A DNA stretch of 64,000 nt from Infirmifilum sp. (GCA_041287245.1 JBEULP010000046.1:1-64000); one strand, 5' to 3'. Shown: positions 1-10,360, numbered from the stretch's first letter. The notes: generated by a model from the letters alone, not told the origin. A program made the numbers and translations.

Positions 1-366
1 GTGCTGGTTCCAGTAGTAAAAGTAGAAGAAAAGATGTTTCTATCGCCGCATTTCGGCCGCGCCCCAGGGTTCGCAGTCTACGAGGTGAGCAACGGCAACG
101 TAACACTGGTAGAGTACGTTGAAAACCCGTATAAAGGGTCCCACGAGCACTCCGGCCACGGCAGGCAAGTGCTTGACTTCATAATGAGCCTTAGGCCAGG
201 AGTGGTCGTGGTGAAGTCGATCGGCGCAGGCGCCTTCTACAGGCTCAAGGAGGCCGGCGTCCCCATCTACCTTTCCAACGACAGGATGGCTGAAGAGGCC
301 TTGGCTAAGCTCGTGAGAGGGGAGCTTGAGGAACTCTCGGAGCCCAACGAAGACCACACGCATTAA
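1..366 (+). CDS. NifB/NifX-family (dinitrogenase FeMo-cofactor biosynthesis-like) small metal-binding protein; start may lie upstream of the window
   Basis: SPHFGRAPGF motif, His-rich HEHSGHG, IGAGA...L...GV; ORF begins at base 1. Confidence 0.85.
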   Translation: MLVPVVKVEEKMFLSPHFGRAPGFAVYEVSNGNVTLVEYVENPYKGSHEHSGHGRQVLDFIMSLRPGVVVVKSIGAGAFYRLKEAGVPIYLSNDRMAEEALAKLVRGELEELSEPNEDHTH

Positions 367-378
367 TAGGCTTGCCAG

Positions 379-1062
379 TCAACCAAAAGTGTAGCTAGCC
401 CCCACTCCGCAGCTCCTTATCCTCCCATGAACGGCTCGCAGTATCTCCGTAGCTCTCCTACCCGTGCAGTGGCAGGGCACGAGCTCCTCTACTCCGAGCT
501 CTAAAAGCCTCCTAGCGGTGGCAACAACCTCTTCATCCCTGCTCTCAACAAGGTGAAACCCTCCGACTACGGCTGAAACCTTGCCCTCGCCGAGGTTTTT
601 AGCGGCCTCAACCAGCTTGTCCACGCCTGGGTGTGAGCATCCGACTAGAAGCACGACGCCCCTTCCGGTCTCGACTGCGAGAGCCTGCTCCAAGATTAGA
701 GTGTCCTTGTACCTCGCCTCAAAGGGGCCTACTAATCGAACCCCAGGGGGGAAGTTTGGGCTTGTGGTACCGGGCATCACGACCTTTAAAGCCGGGTTTA
801 TAGACAGGAGGGCTGAGAGTCCACCAGTGTGGTCCCAGTGGTTGTGCGATATCACCACGGTTGAAATAGAGTTTGGCGACACTCCAAGAACCCCCATATT
901 GTAGAGCAAAACCCCCGGGTTCCCCCCTGTGTCGAACAAGATGCCAGTCTCTCCGACACGTAGTAGAGCGGCGAAGCCATGCGAAGAAAAGAGGCGTTCG
1001 TCGACGCGGTCGTTGTCATAAAGAATTTTTAAAGCTACGCCGTGGCTTGGGCCTCCATGCAC
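379..1062 (-). CDS. MBL-fold metallo-hydrolase
   Basis: ILFDTG, SHNHWDHTGG, GCSHPG, GGFH, PCHCTG motifs. Confidence 0.9.
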   Translation of the reverse strand: MHGGPSHGVALKILYDNDRVDERLFSSHGFAALLRVGETGILFDTGGNPGVLLYNMGVLGVSPNSISTVVISHNHWDHTGGLSALLSINPALKVVMPGTTSPNFPPGVRLVGPFEARYKDTLILEQALAVETGRGVVLLVGCSHPGVDKLVEAAKNLGEGKVSAVVGGFHLVESRDEEVVATARRLLELGVEELVPCHCTGRRATEILRAVHGRIRSCGVGASYTFG

Positions 1063-1154
1063 AAAGATCTAAGGAGAGGGAATATAAATTTCTTGTGCAT
1101 AGGCGCTTTTTCCCTGCGCATTCCGAAACAACAGCCTGTAACTCTTGCCCCCGC

Positions 1155-1379
1155 TTATTTCTCAGGGTAAAGTAGTCCTTCCCGTATTAAAAGCCTAAGT
1201 ATCCTTGAAGCCTCAGAACGGCTCTTCACGCGGAGCACCAGCCTGTCGCCATCCGGAATGAAGCTTATGCCGCGTGGCAGGATTTTCACAGCCTCTTTTT
1301 TAGCTAGTATCACGTAGAAGCCATCAGGATCCCTCCTTCCGAGAAGTCCACTCTCGCTAGCCATGTCACCAAACATCAA
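1155..1379 (-). CDS. small hypothetical protein
   Basis: 74-aa ORF with normal composition filling an intergenic gap; no family recognised. Confidence 0.55.
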   Translation of the reverse strand: MMFGDMASESGLLGRRDPDGFYVILAKKEAVKILPRGISFIPDGDRLVLRVKSRSEASRILRLLIREGLLYPEK

Positions 1380-1501
1380 AGGGTAATGATATTTTATGTT
1401 TTCTGTCCGCGCCGGGTATACCTCCTAAGAGAGGAATTTGAGGGGGAAACTATAAGCCTCGTGGAGGAGCCCTTAAATATGTCTCTTAACACCAGCATCC
1501 C

Positions 1502-2692
1502 GTGCATGAAAGAGGTTGGAGGTTGCTAGTGTTAGTAACGCTTATCTCGTCAGCCAGTGCGCTTTCAGCCCCCATCACTTTAAAGCTTGCGTGGAAAGCT
1601 TACTCTGTAGAGGGTCTTGCATACTCTTCATGCATTAGCCCCCCGTACGTTTACGTGGTTGGATATGCGGCGAACGGCTCCGCCCATGCCACGCGGGTCG
1701 AGGCTAGGAGAATAACTGACGGCTCGCTCGTAAAGTCGGCAAGCCTCGGCCCCGGGGTCTTGTATTCCTGCGCGGTTTACAGCGGGAAAATCTTCGTGGG
1801 CGGCATGGACGCGGACGGGAAATGGCTTATTGCAGTGTTAGGCAAGAACCTCGATTTAGAGAATTCGGTGAAAGGCGTGAAGGGCTATGTGTCTTCCTTA
1901 GTTATTATGGACGGTAAGCTCTACGCTTCGGGTTTCTCGGCGATTACTGTCAAGGTCCGCGTAGAGAAAAGGGATCCTACAACCTTATCCCTAGAGGCGA
2001 GCTATGAGGCGCTAGCGCCTAACACCTACGCGTTCGCATCCACCGCCAGCGGCGGCAGCTTGTGGGTTGTCGGCTCAGCGTTTACATCGGGGGGTTTCGT
2101 TTGGCGTGTTGAGCGTCTAGACCCGAATCTCTCCCCTGTGTTTATACTTCGCCCACCGGTGACGGGCCACGCTTACTCCGTATCGGCTGGAGGGCTCGTA
2201 TTCGTCACCGGTCCAAACGGGACGATAGCATTGAACGATAATGGCGAGGTCATTTCAAAGCAAGGGTTTGGGGGCGACAAGCTGGTAGTGGAGAAAGATG
2301 TAGTGGCTGTTTTCTCTGGGAGTGGAAAGCCCCAGGTTCACTTCTTCAACGCCACTACGCTATTCCCGATTGGAAACATCTCGTTGTCTGATTACGAAGG
2401 CGTCCACTCGTTCGGGACGTCGTCTAGCTTGAACGGGTTATATATCTTCGCGGGAGCTGTTAGACAGTCTAACGTTACCGTCTGGGCTATCTACGCTGTG
2501 AACGCTACACGAGCGCAGATTACTACGCAGACCGCGTTACCCGGGACAGCCTCTTCAAACTCAACCGCTAAGAAGCCAGAGGCTCCGACGGCACAGCCCG
2601 TTCAAATCTTTGATTACCTCACACCTGCTCTCATGCTTGGAGGCATTGTTCTAGCGCTGATCATGGCTAGGCGCAAGAGGAAACGTCGATAA
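1502..2692 (+). CDS. secreted, membrane-anchored beta-propeller-like surface protein
   Basis: N-terminal signal peptide; repeated beta-strand units (YVVG/FVGG/WVVG followed by W/R-V-E-x-R); T/S/P-rich linker; C-terminal TM helix plus RRKRKRR tail. Confidence 0.7.
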   Translation: MHERGWRLLVLVTLISSASALSAPITLKLAWKAYSVEGLAYSSCISPPYVYVVGYAANGSAHATRVEARRITDGSLVKSASLGPGVLYSCAVYSGKIFVGGMDADGKWLIAVLGKNLDLENSVKGVKGYVSSLVIMDGKLYASGFSAITVKVRVEKRDPTTLSLEASYEALAPNTYAFASTASGGSLWVVGSAFTSGGFVWRVERLDPNLSPVFILRPPVTGHAYSVSAGGLVFVTGPNGTIALNDNGEVISKQGFGGDKLVVEKDVVAVFSGSGKPQVHFFNATTLFPIGNISLSDYEGVHSFGTSSSLNGLYIFAGAVRQSNVTVWAIYAVNATRAQITTQTALPGTASSNSTAKKPEAPTAQPVQIFDYLTPALMLGGIVLALIMARRKRKRR

Positions 2693-2738
2693 CACTTCTG
2701 GAGAAAAGCTTTTCTGGAGATAGTACTGGATATTTGCT

Positions 2739-3329
2739 GTGGAGGAGATCGTTGAAAAATCTCGCGAGCTTTCAAAGAAAATCATGGGCTCTGATTTCGC
2801 CCATGGGTACCCTCACGTGGAACGTGTCTTAGCATATGCTAAGGAGATTGCTGGAAGCCTTCCCGGCGTAAACCTTCCTCTTTTACAGGTATCGGTGTAT
2901 CTTCACGACGTCGGCCGTAGGATCGGGGAGCCCCACGCGTATTACTCTGCAAGGTTTGCAGAAGCTATCTTGAGGGAGTGGGGTTTGGATGAGAACAGCA
3001 TTAGTATTGTCGTAAATGCCATCGAGTACCACAGCTTCAGCTATGCTAGGTCAAGGGGGATTAAGCCCGCAGGCACAGAGGCTATGGTTCTAAGCGACGC
3101 AGACAAGCTTGACGCTCTGGGTATAGTGGGCTTCCTAAGGGTCTTTCAATTCGGTTTTGAGAATGGGAGAAGTGTTTATGAGAGCCTAAAGCACTTCGAC
3201 GAAAAGATCTTCGAGCTGAAAAATCTTCTACACTTTGAGGTCTCTAAGAGGATAGCTGATAAGCTGGAGTATAGGACCAGAGTGGCTGTCGAGTGGCTAA
3301 GAGAGGAGCTTTCAGGTGAAAAAATATAA
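2739..3329 (+). CDS. HD-domain metal-dependent phosphohydrolase
   Basis: AHGYPHVERV, LHDVGR, H...SA, DADKLDALG motifs. Confidence 0.92.
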   Translation: MEEIVEKSRELSKKIMGSDFAHGYPHVERVLAYAKEIAGSLPGVNLPLLQVSVYLHDVGRRIGEPHAYYSARFAEAILREWGLDENSISIVVNAIEYHSFSYARSRGIKPAGTEAMVLSDADKLDALGIVGFLRVFQFGFENGRSVYESLKHFDEKIFELKNLLHFEVSKRIADKLEYRTRVAVEWLREELSGEKI

Positions 3330-3358
3330 CTCGCGGCGTCGATAGAAACTGAGGTTTT

Positions 3359-4150
3359 ATGGCTGAACCCGCCACGGGCGTATCCGGACTAGTAGTAGAG
3401 CCCGGAAGAGACCTTTATCTTGTTCTACTGGCTCTCGAGAAGGGCAGAAGCCTCACGCAACCACTAGCTGGGATAATTGAGTGCACAGGGAAAACAGGGA
3501 TAGAGCTCCTAGACGTATGGACAACCCATGGGGAGTTCATGACTACCACGCTTCTAGCCATCTCCTCTCCCTCGCTGGACGAGGTCAAAGCTCTAACCCA
3601 GTGCTTATCCTCCTCTACCGGAGCCTTGGCCGTGAACTATCTCGCCAGCCGTAGGAAAGGAATAATAGTTGAAAGCTGGGGCTTCCCGGTTTTGCCCTAC
3701 ACGCGTAGAGTCCTCCTTGTAGAGCTAGACATGCTCTCAAATGTCTTGCGCGAGGGTTGGAGGCTCCTCGGGCGCTCTCTAGGCGTGGCTATCTATCACG
3801 CCTCCTTCCTCTACGGACAGGATCTTGTGAAAAAACTCAGGGGGCTGGGACTAGAAGGAGAGGATGTTCTAATAGTTTCCTCTGAGATCCTGAGGCACCT
3901 AGGAATGGGGCATGTCGTGTGGGAGGAGGTAGGCGGGTCAAAAGCCGTTGCGGCGGTTCATGATAGTATTGAGTGTCGAGGGGCGGCTGGGATTCCAGGC
4001 TATGAGTCCTCGCTTATGAGGGGCGTCGTGGCAGGGATTCTAGCTGGGTTCTGGGGGGTTGATAAGGGCAGAGTTGAGGCTCGAGAGGTAAACTGTATCG
4101 CTAGGGGCGACAAGGAGTGTAGATTCGAGGTGACTCTCAAGCCACGATAG
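3359..4150 (+). CDS. ACT-like plus V4R (4-vinyl reductase) domain protein
   Basis: C-terminal DSIEC...RGVVAG...EVNCIARGDKECRF V4R signature. Confidence 0.85.
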   Translation: MAEPATGVSGLVVEPGRDLYLVLLALEKGRSLTQPLAGIIECTGKTGIELLDVWTTHGEFMTTTLLAISSPSLDEVKALTQCLSSSTGALAVNYLASRRKGIIVESWGFPVLPYTRRVLLVELDMLSNVLREGWRLLGRSLGVAIYHASFLYGQDLVKKLRGLGLEGEDVLIVSSEILRHLGMGHVVWEEVGGSKAVAAVHDSIECRGAAGIPGYESSLMRGVVAGILAGFWGVDKGRVEAREVNCIARGDKECRFEVTLKPR

Positions 4151-4379
4151 AACCCCGAGACTTCATCACCTGGCTCAGCCCGCTGAAGGAGCAGTCATCC
4201 CTTCTCCTACACGTTTCATTTCTCTGATCATCCTTAATAAGGTTTACTGCGGGAATTAAGGTGCTATCGCCCCTGAGAAACCTTCTATTTCAAACCTGGG
4301 GGACAATAAATGGGGTAACCCGGAGGTCTACGCTTGCATCATCATAGAGGTTTTATATGAACTAGGGTCTACATTCAAC

Positions 4380-5300
4380 GTGCAAACACTACTGGACCTT
4401 ATAGGCAATACCCCGATGGTCAGGATAATGAGACTTGAGAAGCTGCGAGAGCGTGAAGTGTTTGTAAAGCTTGAATACCTGAATCCCACAGGGAGCCATA
4501 AGGATAGAATAGCTCTCTACATGATTCAAGATGCGGCTAAACGTGGACTTCTCAAGCCCGGCGGGGTTGTCGTTGAGGCGTCAAGTGGCAACACAGCTAT
4601 CAGTGTGGCATGGGTATCCCGCCTCCTCGGATATAAAGCCGTCATCGTGGTGGAGGAGGGAACATCTCCTGCAAAGGTTTCAGTTATCAAGGCTCTTGGC
4701 GCCGAGGTGGTTTTCGCCCCAAGGGTCCCCAGGGAAAGTCCCGAACACATGATAAATCTAGCGCAGCGTATTGCCAGGGAGAGGGGTGGTGTCTTCATCG
4801 CCCAGTATGCTAACGAGGCTAACGTTGAGGCACACTTGAACACCACGGCTCCCGAGATATACAAGGTTTTGGGGAACAGGGTGGGTTGCTTTGTGATGGG
4901 AGTAGGGACAGGAGGCACCTTGATCGGTGCTTCAAAGTTCCTAAAGACCAGGTGTAGCAGACGCGTAAAAGCATACGCGGTTGTCCCCAGGGGTTCTCCT
5001 ATGGTTGGGGGTATCGGGAGGGGGGAGGAGATAGAGGGACTCGCTGTCTCTTCAACACCCGAGATTTTTTCCAGAAACAAGGACATGGTCGACGGGGTTA
5101 TCGAAGTAGGGTTCAAAGAGTCCTTTGATTATATGCTTCGACTTATCCGCGAAGAAGGGATACTCGGTGGCTTGTCAACAGGTGCCAACATCGCCGGAGT
5201 ATACAAGGTCTTAGAGGAATGCGAGGACGCGATTGTAACTCTAGCCCCAGACAGCGTTTTCCGGTACGCGCACCTGCTCGGCCACCCGCCGGAAAAATAG
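4380..5300 (+). CDS. PLP-dependent cysteine synthase / cystathionine beta-synthase family protein
   Basis: IGNTPMV, KLEYLNPTGSHKDR (PLP lysine), EASSGNT, GVGTGGT. Confidence 0.93.
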   Translation: MQTLLDLIGNTPMVRIMRLEKLREREVFVKLEYLNPTGSHKDRIALYMIQDAAKRGLLKPGGVVVEASSGNTAISVAWVSRLLGYKAVIVVEEGTSPAKVSVIKALGAEVVFAPRVPRESPEHMINLAQRIARERGGVFIAQYANEANVEAHLNTTAPEIYKVLGNRVGCFVMGVGTGGTLIGASKFLKTRCSRRVKAYAVVPRGSPMVGGIGRGEEIEGLAVSSTPEIFSRNKDMVDGVIEVGFKESFDYMLRLIREEGILGGLSTGANIAGVYKVLEECEDAIVTLAPDSVFRYAHLLGHPPEK

Positions 5301-5342
5301 GTAGCCCATCACCCCCTTTGGGAAGGGTGAAACACAGTTAGG

Positions 5343-6305
5343 CTAGGGAAAAACCGGGCGGCTAGACTCCACCGACATGAAAGGCGGAGCCCAGTCCTTG
5401 TCCCGCAGGCTCTTCCACAGAAGAGGCCTCCAATGCGAGGACTCGCCAGGTGGAACAACAAGCTCCCCGTAAACGTTTTTACAGCCTAAGGCTCTAACCG
5501 CCCTGTAGAAGCCGACTTTCTCCTGTGCTCTGAACTGACCGACTATGAGTGATCTTTTTTCATCGATGAGTGAAAACCAGTGCCCCGTGAGGCTGGAGGC
5601 GATCCTAGCTAAGGCGGGGCTACGCCAACCCTCTACAATGTAGACTTGAACTGGAACCTCGCTGCTCGGCAGGACAAGGTAGAAGCCATTGCCGACCCAT
5701 AGCGGTTTCAGGTGCCTCCTAAAGTGGTACTCTACGGCATAGCCGGATATTTCCCTGAGGGAGCCGTCTACTGAACGTGCCCTCTCGTATGCCCTTGTAG
5801 CCTTGAGGAAGGGGTGATCGATTTTGAAGGAATATAGAGCTATATCGACGGCGTCGGGTCTACGCGTATATACCTGTGAAATACGGGGGGTCTCGTAGTC
5901 CTTCTCGACTGGTTCTCGGGGAGTCGACGCTGGATAAAAGTTATAGTCCCAGTAGCGAACCTCTACTCCTTTAACTATCTCTAGATTTGCCCCTGCTTCA
6001 ATGGCCTTCTTCAACGGGGCTAATCCTAGGCAGAGTTTAAGTTCAATATTTCCTTCGACCCTGGCGAGCAGGGTTCGCGCCACCCACTCGGGACAAGGAT
6101 CCTCGGATAACACGGCAATAGGTAGCAGCCGAAGTGAGGGATAATCTACCAGGAATCTCATCTCAAGAATTGAGGAAAGATCGGAGTAAATTGTCCGGAT
6201 GGAGTGGTAGGGTATTCCTAGGCTACGAGAGACTTCTCTCAGACTGAGAACCCCCTTTGAGGCCTTGATAAAATCCAGGTACTGGTTCCTGAACCAGCTG
6301 ATCAT
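5343..6305 (-). CDS. putative tandem HTH (Lrp/AsnC-like duplicated) transcriptional regulator
   Basis: N-terminal HTH (SLREVSRSLGIPYHSIRTIY) and a second HTH-like segment (DAVDIAL...SGYAVEYHFRRHL); start moved to the ATG at 6305 to avoid overlap with marC. Confidence 0.55.
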   Translation of the reverse strand: MISWFRNQYLDFIKASKGVLSLREVSRSLGIPYHSIRTIYSDLSSILEMRFLVDYPSLRLLPIAVLSEDPCPEWVARTLLARVEGNIELKLCLGLAPLKKAIEAGANLEIVKGVEVRYWDYNFYPASTPREPVEKDYETPRISQVYTRRPDAVDIALYSFKIDHPFLKATRAYERARSVDGSLREISGYAVEYHFRRHLKPLWVGNGFYLVLPSSEVPVQVYIVEGWRSPALARIASSLTGHWFSLIDEKRSLIVGQFRAQEKVGFYRAVRALGCKNVYGELVVPPGESSHWRPLLWKSLRDKDWAPPFMSVESSRPVFP

Positions 6306-6309
6306 AAGG

Positions 6310-6927
6310 CTAGCCCCTCCGAAGGGCGTCCCGTAGTGCCTCTTCAAGCCCCGACCTTATCATTGATACGGCAAGAACGGCTAAAAGTAGGGAGAATATC
6401 CTGGAGAGTACTAGAATCGTGTTCTTGCCGACCTTGTTTATGAAGAAGTGGCTCCCCACGAGGATGAAGTATGCGATTAGAGTGTTAAGCGCTATAGAGA
6501 CCAGGGTGGGGAGTGTGCCGTAAACAGTGTCGAGGTACATTACGACGTATATACTGCCTGGACCAGCTAGTAGCGGCGTAGCCATTGGGACTATCGCGAC
6601 GTCCTCGCTCCTCAACGTCTCAGCCTCGACGCGTCCAATGAGCCCCTCCAGGGCGAGGAGCAGGAGAAGTATCCCCCCGGCTATCTTAAAGTCTGTGAAA
6701 GTGACGTTGTAATATGTAAAGAACGAATATCCAAAGAGCGTGAAGAAGATTAGTAGGCTTGAAGCTACAAGCACCGACTTTGCGAATACCTTTCTCCTCT
6801 CAAACTCGCTAAGCTTGGCTGTGAGAGAGTAGAATATGGGAATGTTACCTATCGAGTCGAGAATAATGAAAAGCATTATGAACGCGTCCCAGTATTCACG
6901 CATAAAAAACTCTTCCGCTTGGGGCAT
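6310..6927 (-). CDS. marC: MarC family integral membrane protein
   Basis: LFIILDSIGNIP, FKIAGGILL, AIVPMATPLLAGPGSI. Confidence 0.93.
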   Translation of the reverse strand: MPQAEEFFMREYWDAFIMLFIILDSIGNIPIFYSLTAKLSEFERRKVFAKSVLVASSLLIFFTLFGYSFFTYYNVTFTDFKIAGGILLLLLALEGLIGRVEAETLRSEDVAIVPMATPLLAGPGSIYVVMYLDTVYGTLPTLVSIALNTLIAYFILVGSHFFINKVGKNTILVLSRIFSLLLAVLAVSMIRSGLEEALRDALRRG

Positions 6928-7091
6928 ATTAAAGCTGCGTTCATCCGGGGTGAGCCTTACTAGGTAGAGGTCTCCACGTTAGTGAGGGGCGTGGGTTTAT
7001 TCCTTACCTAAGTATACTCTTTAAGCTTATGATACTTTCACCTTTCAAAGCAAACACCTTATATTTTCTAAATCTGTCACATATAGGAGAG

Positions 7092-8249
7092 ATGAGGGTC
7101 GGCGTAGCTGAGCTCCCCCTGCACGGCGGTGAGGTCCCAAGGTGGCTGATAGTTAGAATGATCAAACTAGCAAGGGTTCTTGCCGAGCTTATAATAGATG
7201 AGCACGGCCCCCGAGGCTTCATTGAGAGGGTATCAGACCCTGTCTATTTCCAGGCGATAAACAACATAATAGGGATGGACTGGGACTCGTCAGGGTCGAC
7301 TACGGTCACCACCGCTGTGCTGAAGAGCGTGTTAAACGAGGCTGACCTTGGAGTGAGAGTAGCCGGGGGGAAAGGTAGGAAAAGCCGGGACACACCCCAG
7401 GAGCTCGAGGATATCGCTGGAAAATACCAGCTGGATGCCTCAAGGTACATTGAGACATCCTACCTCGTGGCTAAGGTTGACACGGCGGCTGTCCAGGCGG
7501 GCTACCAGCTTTACCACCACACATTCTTCCTAGCTGAGGACGGCACGTGGGCCGTGGTTCAGCAAGCTATGAAGCCTGATGCTAAGGTTGCTAGACGCAT
7601 TCACTGGTACTCTGAGAAGGTGATCGATCCAGTGAACGAACCACACGCAGGAGTCGCGGGTTTTAGGGAACCCTTCGCCTTGAACACGATTGCAAGGGAA
7701 GCCTCTGGTTTCAGGAGATTAGCTGTGGACCTGGTTGAAGAAGGGCCCTCGAAGCTAGAGGAACATCTCAGACAGGCTGAAGCCTTGACTTCAGGCTACC
7801 AACCCCTTTTCGTATACCGGCCCTACGAGCCTCTAAGCCTGAGGGAGGTTGTTAAAAAATACTCGAGGCTTGGGCTCCCCCGGGTTGAGAGGAAGAGCCT
7901 GGAGGCCGCCCGTGAGAAGGGAATCAGCAGCTACACTGAGCTCCTGAAAGTGAGAGGAGTCGGCCCCTCCACGATTAGGGCTTTGGCCCTTGTAGCCGAG
8001 TTGGTCTACGAAACCCCACCCTCCTGGCGCGACCCCGTTACGCATCCAATAGACCCCTTCAAGTTCGCCTACGCTGTTGGCGGTAAGGATGGTGTACCCT
8101 TCCCTGTTGACAAAAGAACTTATGATGAGCTTTTATCCATTTTAAACGCTCTCTTGGAAAGGAAGATCTACTCCAAGTGGGTTCTACGGCAGCTAGCAAC
8201 GCTAACGAGGAGCTGGTCTCCCAGCCCTGAGGAGAAAAAGCCCACATAA
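7092..8249 (+). CDS. DUF763 domain protein
   Basis: LPLHGGEVPRWL, GMDWDSSGSTT, LVAKVD, GYQLYHH, HhH-like GVGPSTIRAL, GGKDGVPFPV; start placed at ATG 7092 after GGAG. Confidence 0.9.
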   Translation: MRVGVAELPLHGGEVPRWLIVRMIKLARVLAELIIDEHGPRGFIERVSDPVYFQAINNIIGMDWDSSGSTTVTTAVLKSVLNEADLGVRVAGGKGRKSRDTPQELEDIAGKYQLDASRYIETSYLVAKVDTAAVQAGYQLYHHTFFLAEDGTWAVVQQAMKPDAKVARRIHWYSEKVIDPVNEPHAGVAGFREPFALNTIAREASGFRRLAVDLVEEGPSKLEEHLRQAEALTSGYQPLFVYRPYEPLSLREVVKKYSRLGLPRVERKSLEAAREKGISSYTELLKVRGVGPSTIRALALVAELVYETPPSWRDPVTHPIDPFKFAYAVGGKDGVPFPVDKRTYDELLSILNALLERKIYSKWVLRQLATLTRSWSPSPEEKKPT

Positions 8250-8290
8250 AGATTTTTACGTAAGGAGAGGTACTATTACTTCTGACACAA

Positions 8291-9481
8291 ATGGAGGAGG
8301 AGAAGAAAAGAGCATACAGGGTAGTTCTCTCCTTCGGGCTTGTCAGCCTTCTCGGCGACATCGTCTACGAGGGTTCGCGTGGCACGGTTCCTGAATACCT
8401 GAAATACCTCGGGGCCTCAGCTTCAGTAGTAGGCTTTGCTATGGGTCTTGGGGAGCTGATGTCATATTTCTCGAGGCTTCTCGGGGGCTACCTCGCCGAC
8501 AAGACCCGGAGTTACTGGCTCCTGGTATTCCTAGGCTACGGCTTGATAATAGCAATCCCCCTAATTCCTCTAAGCGAGATACTTGGGCTAGGGTGGGCGT
8601 TAGCAGCTGCTCTCGTCGTACTTGAGAGGCTGGGAAAGGGTATAAGAACCCCATCCCGTGACACAATAATCTCCTTTGCGTCGAAAAGCATAGGAGGGGG
8701 CAAGGCCTTCGGGCTACATGAGCTTATGGATCAGATTGGGGCGACCAGTGGCCCGTTAATGTTTGCCGCTCTACTGGCCTTTAGGGGTAGTTATAGGGAT
8801 GCGTTCCTCTTCTCTATTATACCTTACGCTTTCCTAATGGCTACTTTAGCCCTTGTAAGGGCTAGAACAGGGCTTCCCATAGAGATGACCTCGCAGGGGA
8901 GTGCGAATAGTCGGAGAGGCAAGAGCATGTTAAGCAAGAGAGCGGCTGCATATATAACTGCGGTCGGGATTAACGCGTTAGGGCTGTTCCCAGCATCTCT
9001 AATTCTCTATCTAGCAGCCGAGACAAGCGAGGTGCAAGCATTAGGCTCCTGGCTTCCCCCTCTACTCTACGCGGCTATTCAGTTCATCGACGCTATATTC
9101 GCTCTAATGTTCGGGCTTCTCTACGACAAGTATAAGCTCTGGGTGCTGCTGTTTCCCTTCTCCCTGTCGCTTTTAATACCCCTCCTTGCGCTACAGCGGG
9201 GCTTCATCTTCATCCTTGCAGCCGCTGCGGTTTTTGGGGTGGTACTGGGGTCGCAGGAGTCTGTTTATCGTGCTGCTGTTGGGGACCTAACTGATCCGAG
9301 CGTGAGGGCAACGGCCTACGGGGTCTTCAGTACAGCTGTGGGATTGGGCTCTCTGGCTGCAGGAGTAATCTATGGCTTAATGATAGATTTGAAGGCTCCC
9401 TTGTGGATGGGTGCTGCTTACGTCTTTACGACGCAGCTCGTCTGCCTAGCACTCCTCTACTACGTCATAAAAACTGGTTAA
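8291..9481 (+). CDS. MFS transporter
   Basis: VSLLGDIVYEG, GYLADK, ERLGKGIRTPSRD, GKAFGLH; about 12 TM helices. Confidence 0.92.
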   Translation: MEEEKKRAYRVVLSFGLVSLLGDIVYEGSRGTVPEYLKYLGASASVVGFAMGLGELMSYFSRLLGGYLADKTRSYWLLVFLGYGLIIAIPLIPLSEILGLGWALAAALVVLERLGKGIRTPSRDTIISFASKSIGGGKAFGLHELMDQIGATSGPLMFAALLAFRGSYRDAFLFSIIPYAFLMATLALVRARTGLPIEMTSQGSANSRRGKSMLSKRAAAYITAVGINALGLFPASLILYLAAETSEVQALGSWLPPLLYAAIQFIDAIFALMFGLLYDKYKLWVLLFPFSLSLLIPLLALQRGFIFILAAAAVFGVVLGSQESVYRAAVGDLTDPSVRATAYGVFSTAVGLGSLAAGVIYGLMIDLKAPLWMGAAYVFTTQLVCLALLYYVIKTG

Positions 9482-9538
9482 AGAATCTATAAGAATAAAG
9501 ATATTAGCTAAGGTAATGTTCCTCTTCTCGGAAAAGCC

Positions 9539-10360
9539 ATGTCATATCCAGAGGATTCTCTCGAAGAGCTTGTAAGGCGTAGAGTCTCCGAGGTCGGGCT
9601 CACTAATGCTCTGCGAGAGATCGCATACCAGTTATACCCTGAAACAAGTGCTCCATTCGAAGCCGTGGAAAAGATCCTCTGCGTTCAGCCTCACCCGGAC
9701 GATTGCGAGTACGGTGCAGGAGGAACCCTGGCGAGTCTCTCGGGCAAGGGTGTGGATATAGTCTACCTTACCCTAACCGACGGCTCCATGGGTACTACTG
9801 ATCCTTCCGTCAAGCCTGAAGAGCTAGCCAGGGTGAGGCGTGCCGAACAAGAAGAGGCTGCAAGGATTATTGGAGTGTCAAAAATCCTGTGGCTTGACTA
9901 TAAGGACACAATGCTCCCCTACAGCGTTGAGGCTCGAAACCGTGTCTTAAGCGTAGTAAGGGCGGAGAGGCCTGACATTGTGCTGGCACCAGACCCGTGG
10001 CTTATGTACGAGGCCCACCCGGATCATAGGAACGCGGGCTTACTAGCGGTTGACGCTGTCATGTTCTCACCCCTCCCCCACGTGAACGCTGAGTCAAAGC
10101 CACATATAGTTCCAATGATTGCCTACTACTACACTGCTAGGCCCAACTTCTTCTACGACGTTACTGAAACACTGGAGAAGAAGCTCCAAGCCCTATCTAA
10201 ACACAAGAGCCAGTTCGACTCAATATGGCCGGTGTTCTCAAACGAGATAAGGACTCTAGCCGCGGCTTATGGCCAGGTAATAGGCACGAGGTACGCTGAG
10301 GCTTTCCGCGTACACCCCCGCGGTCTACTCCACGCCACCCCGCTCTCAGAGCTCTTGTAA
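9539..10360 (+). CDS. PIG-L/LmbE family N-acetyl-sugar deacetylase (diacetylchitobiose deacetylase-like)
   Basis: QPHPDDCE, TDGSMG, R..E...A, HPDH, KLQAL..HKSQ. Confidence 0.92.
   Translation: MSYPEDSLEELVRRRVSEVGLTNALREIAYQLYPETSAPFEAVEKILCVQPHPDDCEYGAGGTLASLSGKGVDIVYLTLTDGSMGTTDPSVKPEELARVRRAEQEEAARIIGVSKILWLDYKDTMLPYSVEARNRVLSVVRAERPDIVLAPDPWLMYEAHPDHRNAGLLAVDAVMFSPLPHVNAESKPHIVPMIAYYYTARPNFFYDVTETLEKKLQALSKHKSQFDSIWPVFSNEIRTLAAAYGQVIGTRYAEAFRVHPRGLLHATPLSELL

Noticed and set aside
4526..5116. Long antisense ORFs (this one, and e.g. 26808-27281, 31336-31893, 36475-36966, 60912-61367)
   Set aside because: They are shadows of well-supported genes on the opposite strand and have no motifs of their own.
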